Part shown: positions 10,555 to 19,800 of the stretch, one piece after another | Layout: each line of letters opens with the position of its first letter | How positions within the stretch are numbered: the first letter of the stretch is position 1 | Notes under the pieces: generated by a model | The model's database searches: none | Told to the model about the DNA's origin: nothing | Seen by the model: the letters and a program-made list of their open reading frames with translations, nothing else | Assembly: GCA_008369845.1 (NCBI GenBank) | Contig: MRSU01006998.1 | Span: forward strand, 1 to 48,569 | From: Trichomonas gallinae | Taxonomy: Eukaryota | DNA length: 48,569 nt | Direction of reading: 5' to 3' | Translations under genes and position numbers: made by a program

Positions 10555-11844
10555 ATGTTTGGATGTTTTACTGAGACATATGCATTAGGATATGAGCGTG
10601 TGCATCTGAATAATCTAGCAAATGGAGATCCAAAACGAACAGATTTACGATCTATTCAATATAACTCATCACTACTCGACTATAGATTCATATACATCAC
10701 ATTGAAATACCTTCTTCCATTTATAACTGTATTTTTATTCAAACCAATATCAAAGATTTTTAATTCCAATTTAAAATTCGGTATATTTGCTTTCCTTATC
10801 CTTCGTGTTATACCAGAGCTTTGTTCCGAATACTATAAAACGTTTTTTGTTGAAGCCAATTTCAAATTCAACGTTTTAATGCGATCAGAATTCTTCATAG
10901 ACTATATTTCGATATTTATCGTCGATGGTGTTATCACAGTTATCATAATACAAGTTTCAACATTGTTTACTGAGATATCAGCTGGAAGAAGAAGCAATTC
11001 TCGTTTCTTTTCTGATTCACCGAATGAAACGAACGAAACTAATATAAATTTCTCTGGCCCAGCTGAATTAGATGATGTCAACTTTGCATCAGAAGGAGCA
11101 ACAATTTCTTACAGCGATTGTACTGGTGAAAAGATATACTATCCTATTACGCTCTTTGTTTTATTGATAGCTTGCCATATACTCAGAGCCACTTTCTTCA
11201 GCGAATGGAATAATTCATACAGATGCATCGTAAACTACTCACAGACACCATTCAATCAAAGCATACACTTCCTTTCAGCAAACAATATCGAGCTCTTCAA
11301 GAAACGAGTGAAATATTCAGTCTCAAAAAGCACATTACATTCCGAAATTAAAATTGCTGGAGTTTTGCATCCAGATGCGATTATATCTGTCAACAACTTT
11401 TACTACACAACACCCGTTGAAAGTCTGTATTTGGGTCCGATTGTTCAGTCAATGGTAGAAAGTTATGATAACTTAATAATGTTCTTTGTTGATATTTGCA
11501 GGTATATATGTTTTTGCATCATTATTTTCGGTGTCATTCGCATGGGATTTGAAGAATTCCTGTACAAATCAACGCCTGTTCACTGTGTTATGCTTTTTAT
11601 CTCTTATTGCCTGTTTTTGACTGTTGATACATATTTCAAAATTTTCTCAAACAGCATTAATCGATCATTGACGCTCTCACATGATTGCGCTGCTGTAACA
11701 ATGGGATTCCAGATACTTGTTCCATTCCAAAAGCTTTATACTGCTGATGCAAGAGATTATATTCCTTCAATTCCGTTTAAACTGCTTTATGATGCTGCTC
11801 CAACACTATCTGATCATGTCGCGCGTGTTGCTACTTGTCAATAA
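10555..11844 (+). CDS. Ste24/ZMPSTE24 (peptidase M48)-like multi-pass membrane protein, probably catalytically inactive, about 429 aa
   Basis: Several hydrophobic helices. YKTFFVEANFKFN...FFIDYI and NSINRSLTLSHDCAAVTMG...KL...APTLSDHV parallel Ste24 motifs, but there is no HExxH. Inr-like TCATTT at 10547 sits just before the ATG at 10555. Confidence 0.6.
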   Translation: MFGCFTETYALGYERVHLNNLANGDPKRTDLRSIQYNSSLLDYRFIYITLKYLLPFITVFLFKPISKIFNSNLKFGIFAFLILRVIPELCSEYYKTFFVEANFKFNVLMRSEFFIDYISIFIVDGVITVIIIQVSTLFTEISAGRRSNSRFFSDSPNETNETNINFSGPAELDDVNFASEGATISYSDCTGEKIYYPITLFVLLIACHILRATFFSEWNNSYRCIVNYSQTPFNQSIHFLSANNIELFKKRVKYSVSKSTLHSEIKIAGVLHPDAIISVNNFYYTTPVESLYLGPIVQSMVESYDNLIMFFVDICRYICFCIIIFGVIRMGFEEFLYKSTPVHCVMLFISYCLFLTVDTYFKIFSNSINRSLTLSHDCAAVTMGFQILVPFQKLYTADARDYIPSIPFKLLYDAAPTLSDHVARVATCQ

Positions 11845-12162
11845 TGAATTATACAATATTTGTTAGATGAATAAAAATTTTCTTTCGAATTTCTAATTTT
11901 ACTTTGAATCACTGTATAGTAGTCCCTATTTTATTAATAAAAATTAATTCATTCTTTCTGTATAAAAAAAAATATTTTTTAAAAATATAAATCAAATAAG
12001 GGAAAAACAAGTTTGAAATTCATCGTTTAATTAACCATATATAACATATATAATAGTGTTGTTAATTCTTTTTGATTTACAATTTCATGATTGCAAAAAA
12101 TAAACATTTAGTAATAGATCAATGCGATAAAGGATGTCTTATAAATGAATACACATAATAAA

Positions 12163-12906
12163 TTAATTTAAGTCACGAATTAAATCTTCTTCAAATTCAA
12201 ATTGATCAGTCCTTTTATCGCCAAACATTCCAAATTGTCCAGCCATATTTCTATTTTGGTTTTGCGCAGATATTGGAACGATAGTGCTATTTTTGATTGC
12301 AAGTGCTAAAGCTCTTTCACATTCATCCATATGGTTTTGGTCTACTGGAACTTCAGGCTCTACAAGTTTAACTGGTTCTGTAATTTGCAAATTTGGAACA
12401 TTCATAATTTTATTGGTTAATATTTCAAATAATTTGTTGATATTGTAGTTGGTTTTTGCTGATATTTCGATGTATGGATATCCATGGCGAAGTGGAAATA
12501 GTATTTTGTCGACCGGAATTACTCTATTTTTATCATCAACTTTGTTTCCTGCAAGTATAATAGGTACATCACCACACATTTCAACTGCAAACCTGATCCA
12601 TTGAGCTAAATGATAATAAGATTCTTTCTTTGTTAGATCGATGAATAAAATAACAGCATTTGCATATAAATAGTAAGCATCTCTAAGCAGTCCGAAGCGT
12701 TCTTGTCCATATGTGTCCCAAACTTCATACTCTATTGTGCCAATAGATGTAAATATGGGAAATTTATATATTGTCACACCTAATCTTTTATGTTTTTGAA
12801 CAACAAGTCCATCAGAATTAATTCTCGATATAAACTTGGATTTTCCGACTCCACCATCACCGAGTAAAATAACTTTTGGTCTAAATACTGTTTGTTCAAG
12901 CATCAT
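12163..12906 (-). CDS. Ran-like small GTPase (divergent paralog), 247 aa
   Basis: GDGGVGKS, WDTYGQE, FGLLRDAYY, NKVD, EISAKTNYN; Ran-type C-terminal extension with an acidic end and no CaaX. Confidence 0.85.
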   Translation of the reverse strand: MMLEQTVFRPKVILLGDGGVGKSKFISRINSDGLVVQKHKRLGVTIYKFPIFTSIGTIEYEVWDTYGQERFGLLRDAYYLYANAVILFIDLTKKESYYHLAQWIRFAVEMCGDVPIILAGNKVDDKNRVIPVDKILFPLRHGYPYIEISAKTNYNINKLFEILTNKIMNVPNLQITEPVKLVEPEVPVDQNHMDECERALALAIKNSTIVPISAQNQNRNMAGQFGMFGDKRTDQFEFEEDLIRDLN

Positions 12907-12911
12907 AAGCG

Positions 12912-13194
12912 AATTTGTCAATTTTTACGCGTCATATTTATGATTTACATAACAAAAAATCAAAATTCATCCAATTCGCCATTCTTTTATTTAATATAGC
13001 ACCACTAGTTTCGTGCATTTGAAATATTGTGTTAAATCATGAAAAACTTCATTAATTATAATTTGTCATTGTTTACGTGTCATATTTTTGATTTACAAGT
13101 CAAAAAAATCGAATTCAACTTTCTTTGTTTCTAATTACATCACTAATTTCATATATTTTAAATATTATATTAAATCATGAAAAACTCCATTATA
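12912..13194 (+). repeat. Diverged tandem duplication (period about 148 bp) of the Ran-like upstream region
   Basis: aatttgtca...tttacg(c/t)gtcatattt.tgatttaca...cacta.tttc...ttaaatcatgaaaaact.catta begins at both 12912 and 13060. Confidence 0.75.
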
Positions 13195-13406
13195 TTAAAT
13201 TGAGATTTTTAAAATATCAAGATATCTGGACAAATGCTCATAATTATTGATATATAGCTTCCATTTGACTAAATTATTCATGCTATAATATGGTTTTGTA
13301 TTTCAGAAATCAAAATGAAAAATTAAATTTTGCAAATATTCAAACAAAATGTAGATAACTGTAATATATGATTATTAAACGAACACCTTGCTTTACATAA
13401 TTGTGG

Positions 13407-14414
13407 TTAATTTGAATCTCCACGTTTCATTTCCTCTAAATATGCCTCGTATTGAGCTCTTGTCATCTGGTTAGGATTAGCTTGCTGAGCACGTGACTTA
13501 ACAACTGTTCCATCCTTGAAAGTGACGCCTGGAGCGCAAATAAATTTATCTGAATATGAAACTTCTGCAATTTCCTCATCGAAAATAGGAGTATCTGGCT
13601 CAATGAGCTTCGGAACAACTCTCCTCTTCTGCTGAGGCTGTGGTTTTCTAATAACGGCTCTAGCTTGCTGGCGTCCAGCAGTTTGAGGCTGTTCCACGTG
13701 CTGAGCTCTCTTTGTAGTAACTTTAGGAACAATAAGAGCTGGTGGCAGTCCTTTTGGCTCTGTAATTTGGATAACTGAAAAATCTGAATCAACTGTTACA
13801 GCCTTCATCGACACGGCTGTCTTCTTTTTAGCCTCTTCGAAGGCTCTCGTAATAGCAACAGCTTCTGAAACTTGTGGTTTCGGCTTCTTTCTTGGAGCTT
13901 CTTTCTGTGGAGCTCCCTTAGCGCTGCGATGTGTTGTTTGTGATGTTGTTGACTTCGATTCGGGCGGTGGCATCTGCTTTTTCTCTGCAACGACTTGAGG
14001 ATGCGGGCGAGTAGAGTTAGAAGTTTGAACTTTCGTTTCGCGAGGAGGTGGCACAGCAGAGCGAAGTCCTGTTGCATCAGCAGAGCGCACAGGCAAAACG
14101 CCACCAGCCCATTCATCAATAGGAGGTATTTCCAAATCTTCATCCGGTTGCGCAGTTATATCATTCGGACCTATTGGCTCCAGGGCCCAAGAAGCATTCA
14201 TAACTAGCTCCCTGGCTAATGTACGTGATGCGTATGGTTTGATTTGTGATTGAAGATATTTCGTATGAAGAATTTGCGCACCTTCATTAATAATCTGCTC
14301 TAAAATCTTGTGAACGATGTATGTCGAAGCGTTCTGGTTGACGAGGAGGTTGTCGTAAAAGTTTTCTGGGATAATCTGTTGTTGCTGCTGATCTTTGCGT
14401 GAGCTGTGCGCCAT
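13407..14414 (-). CDS. C2orf81/DUF4639-like protein, about 335 aa
   Basis: KYLQSQIKPYA...W...DEDLEIPPIDEWAGGVLPV resembles the D(S/E)WAxGxVPV motif; C-terminal PGVTFKDG. Start at 14414, or 14447. Confidence 0.55.
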   Translation of the reverse strand: MAHSSRKDQQQQQIIPENFYDNLLVNQNASTYIVHKILEQIINEGAQILHTKYLQSQIKPYASRTLARELVMNASWALEPIGPNDITAQPDEDLEIPPIDEWAGGVLPVRSADATGLRSAVPPPRETKVQTSNSTRPHPQVVAEKKQMPPPESKSTTSQTTHRSAKGAPQKEAPRKKPKPQVSEAVAITRAFEEAKKKTAVSMKAVTVDSDFSVIQITEPKGLPPALIVPKVTTKRAQHVEQPQTAGRQQARAVIRKPQPQQKRRVVPKLIEPDTPIFDEEIAEVSYSDKFICAPGVTFKDGTVVKSRAQQANPNQMTRAQYEAYLEEMKRGDSN

Positions 14415-14772
14415 ATTCGTTATTTTCACTTTTCTGACATTTGACATTTTACAAAGTTTACAAAGCAAATTACAAAACTCATCCAATAAACTATGCCAAT
14501 CACTTATACAATCCCATAGCTTCTTAATTCTTCAGAGTTTCATAATCATATTAAAAAAAATATTCATCTTTTTTTTATTTCACACAAGTATTATATAGTT
14601 ATATGACAAAAAGTGAAATTATACAAATGTGTATTTTGAACCAATCCTTAATTCATATTTTAACGAAATTTTATCGATATTTTTTAATATTGTGCAAATT
14701 GTAAGATTTAAGCTATATGAATAGTAATAGATTTAGTTCGTTTATTATATAACAAGAACACAGTAATAGATT

Positions 14773-15153
14773 TTAATTATGATCAATAAATGATCTTAAT
14801 TGATTTAAGAAGTTGCCCATTTCGTTTGGAAACTCGCTTAATAGTGCTATATTTGCATCTTTTGTGCATGCAAAAGAAATGAAGAAAGATTCGGCTTCAC
14901 AGAGCAAATAAATAGAGTCCTTGCATTCAATTGTAATAGATTTGTTATTCCCGTAAGATAGTTTGCCGAGGCGGTCATAGTATGTTGGAAAAGAACGAAC
15001 TAATTTTTCATCTGATTCTGCCCTTGGAGCTGAAGACTCAGCAAGAATGGCTCCATGTGAGTCTGATATGTAGACCTTCTTGACGCCGTGAACAGACTTC
15101 ACGATATTGTCCAAAAATGTTGTCGGAGCATTGCTCGGATCTAAATCGTTCAT
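14773..15153 (-). CDS. LAMTOR3: Ragulator subunit LAMTOR3/MP1-like roadblock protein, about 126 aa
   Basis: FL...SVHGV..VYISDSHG ... DRLGKLSYGNNKSI ... ISF...ANIALL...NQLR aligns by eye with LAMTOR3. Start at 15153 (preceded by M2-like AATGTGAC), or 15195. Confidence 0.75.
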   Translation of the reverse strand: MNDLDPSNAPTTFLDNIVKSVHGVKKVYISDSHGAILAESSAPRAESDEKLVRSFPTYYDRLGKLSYGNNKSITIECKDSIYLLCEAESFFISFACTKDANIALLSEFPNEMGNFLNQLRSFIDHN

Positions 15154-15783
15154 TGTCACATTTTTAATTTGATGCTCTAATGAAATTCCCCCCATTTTAT
15201 ATATAGCAAAGCAAATAAACCCAAACAAAATCTTTATTGGTCATAGCCTAACACTGCTGTTTGTACTCAACAAATCAAAGTATGAAGCATATTTTATTTT
15301 TTGTGATTAATATTTTATATGAATCAAAGCAAAAGAACTCAAGCAAATCGTTTATAGGTTGTAATCTAATCTTATTGTTAATACGCAATAAATCAAAGTA
15401 TTGAACCAAATAATATAATTTTATGAATGTTTTATTCTGCTGAGATAATAAAAATAGCTCGAAATTACTCGGACTTTTAATGTTATCTTATCTATAAATC
15501 ATTATAATAGACAAAGCAATTCACCGATAATAACTCAGCTATAATAGTAAGATCTTGCCCTGGCTTTCTGGATTAATAAGTATCTGATATGATTGGAACA
15601 AAATTTAGGCAATAGTTTTGATTTTTTCTCTATTTGAAATTCAATACCATTATATATACATTATGAATTATATTAGTTGCCATTGATATACTTGTATCTA
15701 ATATATTAGACTAATCAATGAAGAGTTTACTGCTTGATTTGTTTGTTAAATTGAGGAAGAGTAAACATTAAAATATTTACATT

Positions 15784-16245
15784 TTAGATATCTTCTTCCC
15801 ATGACTGAGACCATGTTGGGGATGTTTCTGTCTGGAAAACTGGGGCACCATTTGATGTTGGGAACTTTGGTGTTCTTGGGAGTCTCCTTGGAACGCGTGG
15901 CATTCCTGGGACGCGTGGCGGGAGGTGTGGAATTCCATGGTGATATCTGCGGTAGCCATTAGAATCGAATCCATTTGATTTGCAAACATGGATAAGCTTG
16001 CAAGCTGCAGAAGCACTTTCGCCACCACGGAGGTAAGAGATGAGTTTGTTGTAGTATAATGAAACGATACCATTGCAGATATCAGAGAAGATGCCAAGCT
16101 TATTGCATTGTTCATTGATCTTTGCTTGGATTTGTGAATCATCTAAACCCTGAGCGATGCTCTGGGAGATGATTGTGGCAACAGACTTGCAAATGTCGCA
16201 CTTTCCGAATGAGCCAGCAGAAGCAGCAAAGAGGAAAAGGAACAT
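15784..16245 (-). CDS. Secreted saposin-like protein (SAPLIP) with a Pro/Arg-rich C-terminal extension, 153 aa
   Basis: Signal peptide MFLFLFAASAGS; six-Cys saposin B pattern CDIC...C...C...C...C; Inr-like TCACA upstream. Confidence 0.85.
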   Translation of the reverse strand: MFLFLFAASAGSFGKCDICKSVATIISQSIAQGLDDSQIQAKINEQCNKLGIFSDICNGIVSLYYNKLISYLRGGESASAACKLIHVCKSNGFDSNGYRRYHHGIPHLPPRVPGMPRVPRRLPRTPKFPTSNGAPVFQTETSPTWSQSWEEDI

Positions 16246-16873
16246 CAAGAATATGTGATTTGAAAAAGTTTTGTCATGGCAAAATGCATTTTTTTGACAA
16301 AAGTGACGATTTGACGGCCATATAAATTCTTTATAATATATAGATCATATTTTTAATGAAATTATTATATCTGAAAAGGTGACAACTAATTAACTTTTAC
16401 TTGATATTTATAAATTATACATATAATATTGCATTTTGATATGTGATTTTACACTTTGACACTTTTTTGACAGAGTGTTGGCAATTTGCCACAAATCTAA
16501 AACGATTTGTACAAACAGTAAATGAATACTTTTTTGTATTGTATGATAACGATATCGGCCCCTTTTTCAATTCATTTACATGACAAAAATCACCTTCTTT
16601 CAATCTTAAACGGAGCCATCAACTTAACATGATAAAGACTGTCATCTCCATGAATCATCTATAGCAATTTAACAACTCTTTACATGATATGAAAAAAACA
16701 AAATATTATGAAATTTTCGAAATCATAAAAAATCATCTTACAGCAGTTTATCATTGTATTTTAATTACCATATGAAACTCATTGATCTGTATATTTTCAA
16801 TATGAATGAAAAAATTCTAAAAATATGAAATGTTTTGAGTATCACAATAATAGATTGTTTAAAAAGTCATTTC

Positions 16874-19800
16874 CTACATTGTTGAGAGTTTTTGAATGAT
16901 TGCATCACTTTGTGGGCAATCATATTCATAAGTTGCCAGCTTAAGAGCCTCTGCCATCTTCTGCTTGTTTCCAATGCATTGTATAGCAACTCTGTGTGCT
17001 TTTGTAACAAGTACAGTTGGTAGCAAAGACAAGATCAATGACTTCTTCTCTTCGTCAACTTTGTTATAAAGTCTTGCCAACGCGACGAAAAGCGATGTGA
17101 ATCTCGGAATGTACTTGTGGAACTGCAAGACGACGAACTGCACACCATCAGTGAAGCCAAGGCTCTCTGTGATGAAAGAGATGTACTCGAACAGAATGTC
17201 AGACATGTACGGTCCATCGAATTTGTGCGCGCGCGTAAGGAACTCTGTGGCCATGTCGAGGATGAATGTGTCGAATGACTTCAACTTGGATGCCTCTTCC
17301 CTGATGATCTGTATCTGGCATCTCATTAAGAATAATGATGCTGGCTTAGTGTTGAGTTTATCTGAGAAGGCCAAGGCTCTCTTCGCGAAGTCGCCGTCGC
17401 CTATTGCGATCATCTTAGGAACAATAACTGACATAGCTGGGAAAGCTGCGCTCGCCGGTGATGGCATGATTGATTCGAAGCTCTTCAGCAGTGTCTTCTG
17501 GTATTGAACTAATGCTGGCCTTGTCATGATATTCGAGTAGAACAGAACAACGTTTTCTGGGATGAACGGAAGCTTCTCGAATTCTGTGTATCTCTGCATG
17601 ATTGTCTGGAGCTTGATGTTCTTGATGAGTGAGTCAGCAACACCATCTTTAGACTTGGTAATGCAGGCATTCAAGTATTTAACGCCATTGGAGAAAAGCG
17701 ATGGATTGATGGCAGAAATATAATTCTGTGTGTTATCATTCATAGTCTTCTCCAACAATTTCTGGTTAGTTTCCAGAGGCAAAAGCGCTGTATACGCAAT
17801 GCAGCTCTCGACTGTTCTCTGGCCTGCCCAGTCAGCTACTTTGTTCTTGAGGAAGTCGAACAATGTCTGGCTTGTCATGATCTTTCCTGTCGCAGCGCTA
17901 ACGAATCTGACCAAAACAGAAACATTCAAGTCTTGCATTGACTGCAGTTTCTTGACGATATTGTCAACCCACACAGGATCTATCTTGGGGATCAGGTGGC
18001 AAGCGACTGTCGCGAGGGTGAGAGCAGTGAGGAATCTCTTTGGTCGTGCTTGTGGATCAAGGCAGTCGAGAACGAACTGGAAGACGTCTTTCTGTGGCAA
18101 AGCGACTTTAGAAATAGCATATAATACTTTAGTGATTCCTTTCTTCTTGATTCCGTCTTTGTTGACTTCCTTGATGAATGAGTTCTGTATGACGCTTGCT
18201 GATGTGATGGAGACTTCGCGTGAGTGAGAAAGTGACAATGATTTATTGACGAAGTCTGGGCCTTTAGGAGACTTGATGATTCTCATGTACTGGATAACCA
18301 TCGAAAGCAGTGAGTGAGGGACGTAGTTTGGATCGAAGTCGAGCAATATCTTTGCCCTGCTCGCGTAATTCAAAAGAACGCGGAGAGCGACATTATTAGA
18401 AAACCTGCAATAATGTAAAGCGAGCATTTGCAATATTTGCTGGTTGAACTCGAAAGTGTTATTCTTAAGCTGTGTGACAATGTGTGGGCAGTTGAGATCC
18501 AGCGTATAATCGAACTTGAAGTCGACATTGTATTGAATGTTTAAGTTTGGACGGCTGCGCATGCTGTTGATTTCTTCTATGATGATTGGCGGTGTTGTGT
18601 TGCCCATTAATCTCCTGTAAGCGTCAGGATAATCGTTATATAATTTATACAGCATTTTATCTCTTCTGTTTTGTGGCATCTGACTGATCAATGGTACAAT
18701 AGCGTTGATATCGGCAACAACTGTGCACTCGTATCTAACGAAAACGAAGAGAACGCCATCAGGAACAATTTCGAGATGCTGAATAGCATAGTAAGAGAGT
18801 TTGTGGAGTACATCACGCGCTTGTACGAATCTTGACGCTGAATCTGGGAGCTTTGTCAACAAAAGATGAGCCCAAACTGCAATTGCGCCGAAATCTTTCA
18901 TTGTTGCAAGAGATGGAGAAATGGAGTTCAATATAGTGAAGTGCTCCTGCTCTGTCATGCTCTTCCAGCACTTTTCGTATAACTTCGCAGATTCTTGTGG
19001 GAAAATCTTGAGAAGAGAGTTTGCGAGGTTCAGCTGGTGTGGGAGATAGCAGCATTCTGTTGGAAGGGCAAGGAAAAGCTTGAGAACAGCATATAAATTG
19101 GAAAGGAAGTTTTCCTGAGTGACATCAGTGCCATTCATGATATCGAAGTTCTTCGTGGCCAAATCCTGCTCCAAGGCGACCTGAATTTCCGAAGCCGCTG
19201 ATGATCCGAACTCGGGTTTTGTGCCATTCAACATCATTAACGAAGCAGCAGCGATGTCAAGCGCGTAGTTAGCAACATGTGTCTGCTGGACACTGTTGAG
19301 AACTGAAAGATCGAAGAGACTCAAGAAATTGAAGATATCAGCAACTAATGTTATATCGCCCTTGAAATTCTCAAGTCCTTCAAGGATGCACATGATTATG
19401 AAGCTGTAATACTTCGTTTCGACCTCAGGATGGTTCTTAATCACGACTGTAAGCAAGTTAATTGATCTCCTGAAAGTAGTGAGATCGAAATAGTCGATGT
19501 TGCTGCTGACTTTAGTGAAGAGATACTCGAGATCCTTGCTGCGGATGAATTTGCTGAGAACAACTGGAGATTGTTTGTAAACTTTGTCATTTGGATTGAA
19601 ACTGAGGTCGTAGAGGATGTTAATAACCTTCTTGATGCCGTTTGGACCCAATAGATTTTCGACTGTGTTCGCGTTGACTTCATCTATCAAATTCATGATA
19701 TTAAATGATTTATACCATGATTGTTGCTTCTGGAAAACGATTTGCGCGAATAACTGGCTCAAAAGCAAGTTAGGAATCAATTTATTGATGCAAAGAGCCA

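Noticed and set aside
15777..16142. 121-aa alternative-frame ORF over the saposin gene
   Set aside because: Same-strand shadow of a frame that has a clear signal peptide and saposin Cys pattern.
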